The position numbers and the translations under genes were made by a program. This document shows positions 15,001 through 30,000 of a stretch of 64,000 bases of DNA, one piece after another. Origin of the DNA: Alphaproteobacteria bacterium (GTDB lineage: Bacteria > Pseudomonadota > Alphaproteobacteria > CBCXTS01); NCBI GenBank assembly GCA_965178085.1, contig CBCXTS010000005.1, forward strand, positions 27,811 through 91,810, in the 5' to 3' direction. The notes under the pieces are model-generated. The model saw nothing but the letters and a program-made list of their open reading frames with translations. It searched no databases and had not been told where the DNA came from. How positions within the stretch are numbered: position 1 is the stretch's first letter; every line of letters begins with the position of its first letter.

Positions 15001-18000
15001 ATCGATGATGTACCATCACTCTCAGAGGTTAAGGCCGTAACCGATAAAGTAAATTCTTGGTCTGAATGGGCGCTTGGCGTTACCTGCAAGCCCGATAATT
15101 GACTGGTTTGGATTGTCCATATACCAGCAGATGAAACCGTACCGGCTGACAAGCTAGCACCCGTTGGCACATTAGATATATAGACAACCAATGTCTCGGT
15201 GCCATCACTATCAATGGCAATGGCTGATATAGCAAGATTAATTGCTTGATCTTCAAAACCACTAGCGCTTACGACACCAAATGAGGCGGTATCGGCTATA
15301 CCCGATACCGTAACTGCAAGATCACTGGTCGTAAATACCGATGATGTACCATCACTCTCAGAGGTCAAGGCCGTAACTGACAAAGTAAATTCATTGTCTG
15401 AATGGGCGCTTGGCGTTACTTGCAAGCCTGATAATTGACTGGTTTGTAACGTCCAAACACCAGATGATGAGACCGTACCTGCTGATAGCTTTGCTCCCGT
15501 TGGCACATTTGATATATAAACAACCAACGTTTCACTACCATCAGTATCCATCACCGAGGTAGAAATTGTAAGCCCAATCGCTTGGTCTTCAACGGTCGAT
15601 GCAGACATTGTCCCCAACGCTGCCGTATCGGCTATACCAGATACCGTAACTGCAAGATCACTGGTCGTAAATACCGATGATGTACCATCACTCTCAGAGG
15701 TCAGTGCCGTAACCGACAATGTAAACTCATTGTCTGAATGGACAGGTGGCGTAATTTGCAAACCTGATAATTGATTGGTTTGTAACGTCCAAATACCAGA
15801 TGATGAAACCGTACCGGCTGACAAGCTAGCCCCCGTTGGCGTGCCAGATATATAAATCACTAATGTTTCACTGCCATCACTATCTATGAGCGAACTAGAA
15901 ATTGTAAGCCCAATCGCTTGGTCTTCAATAGTAGATGCAGACATTGTCCCCAACGCTGCTGTATCAGCTATACCCGATACCGTAACCGCAAGATCACTTG
16001 TGGTAAAGATCGATGATGTGCCATCACTCTCAGAGGTTAAGGCCGTAACCGATAACGTGAATTCAGCGTCTGAATGCACGCTTGGCGTCACTTGCAAGCT
16101 CGATAATTGATTGGATTGGATTGTCCAAACACCTGATGATGAAACCGTACCGGCTGATAATGTTGCCCCCGTTGGCACACCCGATATATAGACAACCAAT
16201 GTCTCACTACCATCGCTATCAATGGCAATGGCTGATATAGCAAGGTTAATTGCTTGATCTTCAAAACCACTAGCGCTTACAACACCAAATGAGGCGGTAT
16301 CGGCTATACCCGATACCGTAACTGCAAGGTCACTGGTAGTAAATACCGATGATGTACCATCACTCTCAGAGGTTAATGCCGTAATCGATAATGTAAATTC
16401 ATTATCCAGATGCGCAGGTGGTGTAACCTGCAAGCCTGATAATTGACTGGTTTGTAACGTCCAAACACCACCCGATGAAACCGTGCCTGCTGAAAGTGTT
16501 GCACCCGTTGGAACGTTTGATATGTAAACAACCAATGTTTCACTACCATCGGTATCTATCACCGAGGTAGAAATTACAAGATTGACCCCTTGGTCTTCAA
16601 ACCCACTAGCACTTACAACATCCAAAGAAGCGGTATCGGCTGTACCTGATACTGTAACTGCCAATGCAGATGTAGTAAATATCGATGATGAGCCGTCATC
16701 TTCAGAAGTTAGCGACGTAACCGACAAGGTAAATTCTTGATCTGAATGCACGCTTGGCGTAATTTGTAAACCTGATAATTGGCTGGTTTGTAATGTCCAG
16801 ACACCAGATGATGAAACCGTACCCGCTGATAGCTTAGCACCCGTTGGTACGCTTGATATATAAACAACCAACGTTTCACTACCATCGGTATCTATAACCG
16901 AGGTAGAAATTGCAAGATTGATCCCTTGATCTTCAAAGCCACTGGCGCTGATCACATCTAACGATGCCGTATCAGCTACGCCAGATATCTTAACTTGAAG
17001 ATCTGCAACTGCAAAAACAGACGATGTGCCATCATCTTCGGAGGTAACAACTGTAACTGATAAAGTAAGATCAAGATGTGAATGCGCAGGAGGTATTGCT
17101 GTTAAACCCGATAACTGGCTAGTTTGCAATGTCCACACACCAGCCGACGATACTGTACCCGCTGAAAGTGATATCCCTGTACGCAAATTGCTAACGTACA
17201 ATACGATCGTTTCACTACCATCTGTATCTAAAATAGCAGGAGATATATCAAGATGAAATGTTTGATCTTCCAAACCGCTCAAACTTAATCGTTGCAATGC
17301 CGCGGTATCTGCTATGCCTGACACCGTAACTGCAAGATCACTTGTGGTAAATATCGATGATGTGCCGTCATCTTCAGATGTAAGTGCCGTAACCGATAAC
17401 GTGAAGTCCTGGTCTGAATGGGCGCTTGGCGTTACCTGCAAGCCCGATAATTGACTGGGTTGTAATGTCCAAACACCAGCCGATGAAACCGTACCTGTCG
17501 AAAGTACTACACCCGTTGGCACATTAGATATATAGACAACCAATGTCTCAGAGCCGTCGCTGTCAATAGCAATGGCTGATATAGCAAGATCAATTGCTTG
17601 ATCTTCAAAGCCACTGGCACTCATCACACCAAACGAAGCCGTATCGGCTATACCCGATACCGTAATTGCAAGGTCACTGGTCGTAAATACCGATGATGTA
17701 CCATCACTCTCAGAGGTCAAGGCCGTAACCGACAAGGTAAACTCATTGTCTGAATGGACAGGTGGCGTTATCTGCAAACCTGATAATTGGCTGGTTTGCA
17801 ATGTCCAAATACCAGATGATGAGACCGTACCTGCCGATAGTTTGGCTCCCGTTGGAGCACCTGATATATAAACAACCAACGTCTCACTACCATCACTATC
17901 AACAAATGAGGTAGAAATTGTAATACCTATCGCTTGATCTTCAACGGTTGATGTATCAATTGTTTGCAGTGGCGCCGTATCAGCTATACCCGATACCGTA

Positions 18001-21000
18001 ACTGCAAGATCACTAGTAATGAAAATTGATGATGTACCATCACTCTCAGAGGTCAAGGCCGTAACCGATAGGGTAAATTCTTGATCTGAATGCAATGGTG
18101 GCGTTACCTGCAAACCCGATAATTGACTTGTCTGCAATGTCCAAACACCTAATGATGAAACCGTACCGGCTGATAATCTTGCCCCCGTTGGGGTACCCGA
18201 TATATAAACAACCAACGTCTCACTACCATCACTATCAACAAATGAGGTAGAAATTGTAATTCCTACTGTTTGATCTTCTAGCGTAGAGGCATCAACTGTT
18301 CCCAAGCGCGCTGTATCAGCAATAGCCGATACCGTAACTGCAATATTGCCTGTCGTGAAACTCGATGACGTGCCATCATCTTCAGAAGTGATAGCCGTAA
18401 CCGATAACGTGAATTCAGCGTCTGAATGTACAGGTGGAGTTACTTGCAAACCCGATAATTGATTGGATTGGATTGTCCAAACACCAGTTGATGATGCCGT
18501 ACCTGCTGATAGCTTTGCTCCCGTTGGAAGATCGCCAATGTAAAGGACAAGTGTTTCGCTACCATCTGTATCTAATATTGCAGATGATATCACAATATTG
18601 ATGCCTTGATCTTCAAAACCACTGGCTGCTATTTGTTGCAAGGCAGGAGTATCGGCTATACCCGATACCGTAACTGCAATATTGCCCGTTGTGATGTTTG
18701 ATGATGTGCCGTCATCTTCAGAGGTTAATGCCGTAACCGACAAGGTAAATTCATTGTCTGAATGCACGGGTGGCGTTACTTGTAAACCTGATAATTGATT
18801 GGATTGGATTGTCCAAACACCAGCCGATGATGCCGTACCTGCTGATAGCTTAGCTCCCGTTGGAAGATTGCCAATATAAAGAACGAGTGTTTCGCTGCCA
18901 TCTGTATCTAATATTGCAGATGATATCACAATATTGATGCCTTGATCTTCAAAACCACTGGCTTGAATTTGTTGCAAAGCGGGAGTGTCGGCTATGCCCG
19001 ATACCGTCACTGCAAGATCACTGGTCGTAAATACCGATGATGTACCATCACTCTCAGAGGTCAAGGCCGTAACCGACAAAGTAAATTCATTGTCTGAATG
19101 GACAGGTGGCGTTACCTGCAAACCCGATAATTGACTTGTTTGGATTGTCCATATACCAACCGATGAAACCGTACCTGCTGATAGCTTAGCTCCCGTTGGC
19201 ACTCCCGATATATAAATAACCAATGTCTCACTACCATCAGTATCTATCACCGAAGTAGAAATTGTAAGCCCTATCGCTTGATCTTCAACGGTAGATGCAG
19301 ACATTGTCTCCAACGCTGCCGTATCAGCTATACCCGATATCGTAACTGCAAGATCACTGGTCGTAAATACCGATGATGTACCATCACTCTCAGAGGTCAA
19401 GGCCGTAACCGACAAGGTAAACTCATTGTCTGAGTGCGCAGGTGGCGTTATCTGCAAGCCTGATAATTGGCTGGTTTGCAATGTCCAAATACCAGATGAT
19501 GAGACCGTACCTGCCGATAGTTTGGCTCCCGTTGGAGCACCTGATATATAAACAACCAACGTCTCACTACCATCACTATCAACAAATGAGGTAGAAATTG
19601 TAATACCTATCACTTGATCTTCAACGATCGATGTATCAATTGTTTGCAGTGGTACCGTGTCAGCTATACCCGATACCGTAACTGCAAGATCACTTGTGGT
19701 AAAGATCGATGATGTGCCATCACTCTCAGAGGTCAAGGCCGTAACCGATAACGTGAAATCTTCATCTGAATGCATAAAGGGCGTAATTTGCAAACCTGAT
19801 AATTGATTGGTTTGCAATGTCCAAACACCTGATGATGAAACCGTACCGGCTGATAATCTTGCCCCCGTTGGGGTACCCGATATATAAACAACCAACGTCT
19901 CACTACCATCACTATCAACAAATGAGGTAGAAATTGTAATTCCTACTGTTTGATCTTCTAGCGTAGAGGCATCAACTGTTCCCAAGCGCGCTGTATCAGC
20001 AATAGCCGATACTGTGACCGCAAGATCACTGGTCGTAAATACCGATGATGTACCATCATCTTCAGAGGTGAGTGCCGTAACCGATAACGTGAATTCAGCG
20101 TCTGAATGGACAGGTGGCGTTACTTGCAAACCCGATAATTGATTGGATTGGATTGTCCAAACACCAGCCGATGATGCCGTACCCGCTGATAGCTTGGCAC
20201 CCGTTGGAACGTTTGATATATAAACAACCAACGTCTCACTGCCATCGGTATCGACTAGCGATGATGAAATAATAAGAGGAATGCTTGTATCTTCAAGCCC
20301 GCTAGCTATAAGACCATCTAATTTAGCTGTATCGGCTATACCCGATACCGTAACTGCAATATTGCCCGTTGTGATGTTTGATGATGTGCCGTCATCTTCA
20401 GAGGTTAATGCCGTAACCGACAAGGTAAATTCATTGTCTGAATGCACGGGTGGCGTTACTTGTAAACCTGATAATTGATTGGATTGGATTGTCCAAACAC
20501 CAGCCGATGATGCCGTACCTGCTGATAGCTTAGCTCCCGTTGGAAGATTGCCAATATAAAGAACGAGTGTTTCGCTGCCATCTGTATCTAATATTGCAGA
20601 TGATATCACAATATTGATGCCTTGATCTTCAAAACCACTGGCTTGAATTTGTTGCAAAGCAGGAGTGTCGGCTATGCCCGATACCGTCACTGCAAGATCA
20701 CTGGTCGTAAATACCGATGATGTACCATCACTCTCAGAGGTCAAGGCCGTAACCGACAAAGTAAATTCATTGTCTGAATGGACAGGTGGGGTTACCTGCA
20801 AGCCCGATAATTGACTTGTTTGCAATGTCCATATACCAACCGATGAAACCGTACCTGCTGATAGCTTAGCTCCCGTTGGCACACCCGATATATAAATAAC
20901 CAATGTCTCACTACCATCAGTATCTATCACCGAAGTAGAAATTGTAAGCCCTATCGCTTGATCTTCAACGGTAGATGCAGACATTGTCTCCAACGCTGCC

Positions 21001-24000
21001 GTATCAGCTATACCCGATATCGTAACTGCAAGATCACTGGTCGTAAATACCGATGATGTACCATCACTCTCAGAGGTCAAGGCCGTAACCGACAATGTAA
21101 ATTCATTGTCTGAGTGCGCAGGTGGCGTTATCTGCAAGCCTGATAATTGGCTGGTTTGCAATGTCCAAATACCAGATGATGAGACCGTACCTGCCGATAG
21201 TTTGGCTCCCGTTGGAGCACCTGATATATAAACAACCAACGTCTCACTACCATCACTATCAACAAATGAGGTAGAAATTGTAATACCTATCACTTGATCT
21301 TCAACGATCGATGTATCAATTGTTTGCAGTGGTACCGTATCAGCTATACCCGATACCGTAACTGCAAGATCACTAGTAATGAAAATTGATGATGTACCAT
21401 CACTCTCAGAGGTCAAGGCCGTAACCGATAACGTGAAATCTTGATCCGAGTGTAGCCACGGTATAACTTGCAAGCCCGATAATTGACTTGTCTGCAATGT
21501 CCAAATACCAGATGATGAGACCGTACCGGCTGATAATCTTACCCCCGTTGGGGTACCCGATATATAAACAACCAACGTCTCACTACCATCACTATCAACA
21601 AATGAGGTAGAAATTGTAATTCCTACTGTTTGATCTTCTAACGTAGAGGCATCAACTGTTCCCAAGCGCGCTGTATCAGCAATAGCCGATACTGTGACCG
21701 CAAGATCAGAACTTGTTACAACCGAAGAAGTGCCATCATCTTCAGAGGTGAGTGCCGTAACCGATAACGTGAATTCAGCGTCTAAATGGACAGGTGGCGT
21801 TACTTGCAAACCCGATAATTGATTGGATTGGATTGTCCAAACACCAGCCGATGAAACCGTACCCGCTGATAGCTTGGCACCCGTTGGAACGTTTGATATA
21901 TAAACAACCAACGTCTCACTGCCATCGGTATCGACTAGCGATGATGAAATAATAAGAGGAATGCCTGTATCTTCAAGCCCGCTAGCTATAAGACCATCTA
22001 ATTTAGCTGTATCAGCAACACCCGATATCCTAACCATAAGTTCTGCCGTAGAAAAAACCGACGATGTACCATCATCTTCAGAGGTAAGCGCCGTAACCGA
22101 TAAGGTAAAGTCTCGATCCGAGTGCAACGGTGGTACGATATATAAACCTGATAATTGACTGGTTTGTAATGTCCAAACACCTGAAGAAGCTACTGTACCC
22201 GATGAAAGCATTACCCCTGAAGGTAAGTTGGTAAGATATACGATAATCGTTTCACTACCATCTGTATCCAAAATTGCAGGCGATATATCAAGTACAACTC
22301 GTTGATCTTCAAGCCCACTTAAATTCAATCGCTGCAGCGCTGGAGTGTCGGCTATACCTGATACCGTCACTGCAAGATCACTGGTAGTAAATACCGATGA
22401 TGTACCATCACTCTCAGAGGTCAAAGCCGTAACCGACAAAGTAAATTCATTGTCTGAGTGCGCAGGTGGCGTTACCTGCAAGCCCGATAATTGACTTGTT
22501 TGCAATGTCCATATACCAACCGATGAAACCGTACCTGCTGATAGCTTTGCTCCCGTTGGCACACCCGATATATAAATAACCAATGTCTCACTACCATCAG
22601 TATCTATCACCGAAGTAGAAATTGTAAGCCCTATCGCTTGGTCTTCAACGGTCGATGCAGACATTGTCTCCAACGCTGCCGTATCGGCTATACCCGATAT
22701 CGTAACTGCAAGATCACTGGTCGTAAATACCGATGATGTACCATCACTCTCAGAGGTCAAGGCCGTAACCGACAAGGTAAACTCATTGTCTGAGTGCGCA
22801 GGTGGCGTTATCTGCAAACCTGATAATTGGCTGGTTTGCAATGTCCAAATACCAGATGATGAGACCGTACCTGCCGATAGTTTGGCTCCCGTTGGAGCAC
22901 CTGATATATAAACAACCAACGTCTCACTACCATCACTATCAACAAATGAGGTAGAAATTGTAATACCTATCGCTTGATCTTCAACGATCGATATATCAAT
23001 TGTTTGCAGTGGTACCGTGTCGGCTATACCCGATACCGTAACTGCAAGATCACTAGTAATGAAAACTGATGATGTACCGTCATCTTCAGAGGTCAAGGCC
23101 GTAACCGATAACGTGAAATCTTGATCCGAGTGTAGCCACGGTATAACTTGCAAGCCCGATAATTGACTTGTCTGCAATGTCCAAACACCTGATGATGAAA
23201 CCGTACCCGTTGATAGCTTAGCACCCGTTGGGGTACCCGATATATAAACAACCAACGTCTCACTACCATCACTATCAACAAATGAGGTAGAAATTGTAAT
23301 CCCTACTGTTTGATCTTCTAGCGTAGAGGCATCAACTGTTCCCAAGCGCGCTGTATCAGCAATAGCCGATACCGTAACTGCAATATTGCCTGTCGTGAAA
23401 CTCGATGACGTGCCATCATCTTCAGAAGTGATAGCCGTAACCGATAACGTGAATTCAGCGTCTGAATGTACAGGTGGCGTTACTTGCAAACCCGATAATT
23501 GATTGGATTGGATTGTCCAAACACCAGCCGATGATGCCGTACCTGCTGATAGCTTAGCTCCCGTTGGAAGATCGCCAATATAAAGGACAAGTGTTTCGCT
23601 GCCATCTGTATCTAATATTGCAGATGATATCACAATATTGATGCCTTGATCTTCAAAACCACTGGCTGCTATTTGTTGCAAGGCAGGAGTATCGGCTATA
23701 CCCGATACCGTAACTGCAATATTGCCCGTTGTGATGTTTGATGATGTGCCGTCATCTTCAGAGGTTAATGCCGTAACCGACAAGGTAAATTCATTGTCTG
23801 AATGCACGGGTGGCGTTACTTGTAAACCTGATAATTGATTGGATTGGATTGTCCAAACACCAGCCGATGATGCCGTACCTGCTGATAGCTTAGCTCCCGT
23901 TGGAAGATTGCCAATATAAAGAACGAGTGTTTCGCTGCCATCTGTATCTAATATTGCAGATGATATCACAATATTGATGCCTTGATCTTCAAAACCACTG

Positions 24001-27000
24001 GCTTGAATTTGTTGCAAAGCGGGAGTGTCGGCTATGCCCGATACCGTCACTGCAAGATCACTGGTCGTAAATACCGATGATGTACCATCACTCTCAGAGG
24101 TCAAGGCCGTAACCGACAAAGTAAATTCATTGTCTGAATGGGCGCTTGGCGTTACCTGCAAGCCCGATAATTGACTTGTTTGCAATGTCCATATACCAAC
24201 CGATGAAACCGTACCTGCTGATAGCTTTGCTCCCGTTGGCACACCCGATATATAAATAACCAATGTCTCACTACCATCAGTATCTATCACCGAAGTAGAA
24301 ATTGTAAGCCCTATCGCTTGGTCTTCAACGGTCGATGCAGACATTGTCTCCAACGCTGCCGTATCGGCTATACCCGATATCGTAACTGCAAGATCACTGG
24401 TCGTAAATACCGATGATGTACCATCACTCTCAGAGGTCAAGGCCGTAACCGACAAGGTAAACTCATTGTCTGAGTGCGCAGGTGGCGTTATCTGCAAACC
24501 TGATAATTGGCTGGTTTGCAATGTCCAAATACCAGATGATGAGACCGTACCTGCCGATAGTTTGGCTCCCGTTGGAGCACCTGATATATAAACAACCAAC
24601 GTCTCACTACCATCACTATCAACAAATGAGGTAGAAATTGTAATACCTATCGCTTGATCTTCAACGATCGATATATCAATTGTTTGCAGTGGCGCCGTAT
24701 CAGCTATACCCGATACCGTAACTGCAAGATCACTAGTAATGAAAATTGATGATGTACCGTCATCTTCAGAGGTCAAGGCCGTAACCGATAACGTGAAATC
24801 TTGATCCGAGTGTAGCGACGGTATAACTTGCAAGCCCGATAATTGACTTGTCTGCAATGTCCAAATACCAGATGATGAAACCGTACCGGCTGATAATCTT
24901 GCCCCCGTTGGGGTACCCGATATATAAACAACCAACGTCTCACTACCATCACTATCAACAAATGAGGTAGAAATTGTAATTCCTACTGTTTGATCTTCTA
25001 ACGTAGAGGCATCAACTGTTCCCAAGCGCGCTGTATCAGCAATAGCCGATACTGTGACCGCAAGATCAGAACTTGTTACAACCGAAGAAGTGCCATCATC
25101 TTCAGAGGTGAGTGCCGTAACCGATAACGTGAATTCAGCGTCTGAATGGACAGGTGGCGTTACTTGCAAACCCGATAATTGATTGGATTGGATTGTCCAA
25201 ACACCAGCCGATGAAACCGTACCCGCTGATAGCTTGGCACCCGTTGGAACGTTTGATATATAAACAACCAACGTCTCACTGCCATCGGTATCGACTAGCG
25301 ATGATGAAATAATAAGAGGAATGCCTGTATCTTCAAGCCCGCTAGCTATAAGACCATCTAATTTAGCTGTATCAGCAACACCCGATATCCTAACCATAAG
25401 TTCTGCCGTAGAAAAAACCGACGATGTACCATCATCTTCAGAGGTAAGCGCCGTAATCGATAAGGTAAAGTCTCGATCCGAGTGCAACGGTGGTACGATA
25501 TGCAAACCTGATAATTGACTGGCTTGTAATGTCCAAACACCTGAAGAAGCTATTGTACCCGATGAAAGCATTACCCCTGAAGGTAAGTTGGTAAGATATA
25601 CGATAAGCGTTTCACTACCATCTGTATCCAAAATTGCAGGCGATATATCAAGTACAACTCGTTGATCTTCAAGCCCACTTAAATTCAATCGCTGCAGCGC
25701 TGGAGTGTCGGCTATACCTGATACCGTCACTGCAAGATCACTGGTAGTAAATACCGATGATGTACCATCACTCTCAGAGGTCAAAGCCGTAACCGACAAA
25801 GTAAATTCATTGTCTGAGTGCGCAGGTGGCGTTACCTGCAAGCCCGATAATTGACTTGTTTGCAATGTCCATATACCAACCGATGAAACCGTACCTGCTG
25901 ATAGCTTAGCTCCCGTTGGCACACCCGATATATAAATAACCAATGTCTCACTACCATCAGTATCTATCACCGAAGTAGAAATTGTAAGCCCTATCGCTTG
26001 GTCTTCAACGGTCGATGCAGACATTGTCTCCAACGCTGCCGTATCGGCTATACCCGATATCGTAACTGCAAGATCACTGGTCGTAAATACCGATGATGTA
26101 CCATCACTCTCAGAGGTCAAGGCCGTAACCGACAAGGTAAACTCATTGTCTGAGTGCGCAGGTGGCGTTATCTGCAAACCTGATAATTGGCTGGTTTGCA
26201 ATGTCCAAATACCAGATGATGAGACCGTACCTGCTGATAATTTGGCTCCCGTTGGAGCACCTGATATATAAACAACCAACGTCTCACTACCATCACTATC
26301 AACAAATGAGGTAGAAATTGTAATACCTATCGCTTGATCTTCAACGATCGATATATCAATTGTTTGCAGTGGCGCCGTATCAGCTATACCCGATACCGTA
26401 ACTGCAAGATCACTAGTAATGAAAATTGATGATGTACCGTCATCTTCAGAGGTCAAGGCCGTAACCGATAACGTGAAATCTTGATCCGAGTGTAGCGACG
26501 GTATAACTTGCAAGCCCGATAATTGACTTGTCTGCAATGTCCAAATACCAGATGATGAAACCGTACCGGCTGATAATCTTACCCCCGTTGGGGTACCCGA
26601 TATATAAACAACCAACGTCTCACTACCATCACTATCAACAAATGAGGTAGAAATTGTAATTCCTACTGTTTGATCTTCTAACGTAGAGGCATCAACTGTT
26701 CCCAAGCGCGCTGTATCAGCAATAGCCGATACTGTGACCGCAAGATCAGAACTTGTTACAACCGAAGAAGTGCCATCATCTTCAGAGGTGAGTGCCGTAA
26801 CCGATAACGTGAATTCAGCGTCTGAATGGACAGGTGGCGTTACTTGCAAACCCGATAATTGATTGGATTGGATTGTCCAAACACCTGATGATGAAACCGT
26901 ACCCGCTGATAGCTTGGCACCCGTTGGAACGTTTGATATATAAACAACCAACGTCTCACTGCCATCGGTATCGACTAGCGATGATGAAATAATAAGAGGA

Positions 27001-30000
27001 ATGCCTGTATCTTCAAGCCCGCTAGCTATAAGACCATCTAATTTAGCTGTATCAGCAACACCCGATATCCTAACCATAAGTTCTGCCGTAGAAAAAACCG
27101 ACGATGTACCATCATCTTCAGAGGTAAGCGCCGTAACCGATAAGGTAAAGTCTCGATCCGAGTGCAACGGTGGTACGATATATAAACCTGATAATTGACT
27201 GGTTTGTAATGTCCAAACACCTGAAGAAGCTACTGTACCCGATGAAAGCATTACCCCTGAAGGTAAGTTGGTAAGATATACGATAATCGTTTCACTACCA
27301 TCTGTATCCAAAATTGCAGGCGATATATCAAGTACAACTCGTTGATCTTCAAGCCCACTTAAATTCAATCGCTGCAGCGCTGCAGTGTCGGCTATACCTG
27401 ATACCGTCACTGCAAGATCACTGGTCGTAAATACCGATGATGTACCATCACTCTCAGAGGTCAAAGCCGTAACCGACAAAGTAAATTCATTGTCTGAGTG
27501 CGCAGGTGGCGTTACCTGCAAGCCCGATAATTGACTTGTTTGCAATGTCCATATACCAACCGATGAAACCGTACCTGCTGATAGCTTAGCTCCCGTTGGC
27601 ACACCCGATATATAAATAACCAATGTCTCACTACCATCAGTATCTATCACCGAAGTAGAAATTGTAAGCCCTATCGCTTGGTCTTCAACGGTCGATGCAG
27701 ACATTGTCTCCAACGCTGCCGTATCGGCTATACCCGATACCGTAACTGTCAATGCACTGGTGGTGAAAATCGATGATGTACCATCACTCTCAGAGGTCAA
27801 GGCCGTAACCGACAATGTAAACTCATCGTCTGAATGGACAGGTGGCGTAATTTGCAAACCTGATAATTGATTGGTTTGTAACGTCCAAATACCAGATGAT
27901 GAGACCGTACCTGCTGATAGTTTAGCTCCCGTTGGAGCACCTGATATATAAACAACTAACGTCTCACTACCATCACTATCAACAAATGAAGTAGAAATTG
28001 TAATACCTATCGCTTGATCTTCAATAGTAGATGCAGACATTGTCCCCAACGCTGCTGTATCGGCTATACCCGATACCCTAACTGCAAGATCACTGGTAGT
28101 AAATATCGATGATGTACCGTCATCTTCAGAGGTCAAAGCCGTAACCGATAGGGTAAATTCTTGATCTGAATGCAATGGTGGCGTTACCTGCAAACCCGAT
28201 AATTGATTGGATTGGATTGTCCAAACACCTGATGATGAAACCGTACCCGCTGATAGCTTGGCACCCGTTGGAACGTTTGATATATAAACAACCAACGTCT
28301 CACTGCCATCGGTATCAATGCGTAAAGCAGAAATAGAAAGCCCTATCGCTTGATCTTCAAACCCGCTAGCACTGATCACTCCAAACGAGGCCGTGTCAGC
28401 AATAGCCGATACTGTGACCGCAAGATCAGCGCTTGTTACAACCGAAGACGTGCCATCATCTTCTGAAGAAATAGCTGTAATTGAAAGCGTAAATTCTTGG
28501 TCTGAATGGGCAAGCGGAGTGATGGTTAACCCTGATAGTTGGTTAGTTTGTATTGTCCATGCACCTGATGATGAAACCGTACCCGCTGATAGCTTAGCAC
28601 CTGTTGGTACATTACCTACATATAGCACTAGCGTTTCACTACCATCTGTATCCAATATTGCAGATGATATTGTAATAGGAATGCCTGTATCTTCAAAACC
28701 ACTAGCGGCTAGTCGCTGCAATGCTGGAGTATCAGCTACACCCGATACCGTAACCGACAGCTCAGTTGTGGTGAAAACCGACGATGTACCGTCATCTTCA
28801 GAGGTGATAGTCGTAACCGATAAGGTAAAGTCTCGATCTGAATGCAGAGGCGGTATGATTTGTAAACCAGCTAATTGACTTGGCTGTAATGTCCAAACAC
28901 CAGTCGATGACAACGTTCCTGATGTCAATGTAGCGCCTGTGATCACACCTGCGATATAAACCACAATCGTCTCGCTACCATCTGTATCAATTAAAGGCGA
29001 TGATATCCCAAGATTGATCGCTTGATCTTCAAAACCACTAGCACTGCTCACCCCAAGCGAGGCCGTATCGGCTATACCCGATACCGTCACTGCAATATCA
29101 CTGGTGGTGAAAACCGATGACGTGCCATCAGCTTCAGAGATGAACGCCGTAACCGACAAAGTAAATTCATTGTCCGAATGGACAGGTGGCGTAATTTGCA
29201 AGCCTGATAATTGACTGGTTTGCAGCGTCCAAATACCAGATGATGAGATCGTACCTGCTGATAGCTTTGCTCCCGTTGGAGCACCTGATATATAAACAAC
29301 CAATGTCTCACTACCATCGCTATCAACAAAGGAGGTAGAAATTGTAAGACCTATCGCTTGATCTTCAACGGTAGATGCGTCGATTGTTTGCAGTGGCGCC
29401 GTATCGGCTATGCCCGATACCGTAACTGCAAGATCACTGGTGGTGAAAATCGATGATGTACCGTCATCTTCAGAGGTCAAGGCCGTAACCGATAACGTAA
29501 AATCTTCATCTGAATGTATAAAGGGCGTAATTTGCAAACCTGATAATTGATTGGTTTGTAACGTCCAAATACCAGATGATGAGACCGTACCTGCTGATAG
29601 TTTGGCTCCCGTTGGAGCACCTGATATATAAACAACCAACGTCTCACTACCATCACTATCAACAAATGAAGTAGAAATTGTAATACCTATCGCTTGATCT
29701 TCAACGGTCGATGTATCAGTTGTTTGCAGTGGCGCCGTATCGGCTATACCCGATACCCTAACTGCAAGATCACTGGTAGTAAATATCGATGATGTACCGT
29801 CATCTTCAGAGGTCAAGGCCGTAACCGATAGGGTAAATTCTTGATCTGAATGCAATGGTGGCGTTACCTGCAAACCCGATAATTGATTGGATTGGATTGT
29901 CCAAACACCTGATGATGAAACCGTACCCGCTGATAGCTTGGCACCCGTTGGAACGTTTGATATATAAACAACCAACGTCTCACTGCCATCGGTATCAATG

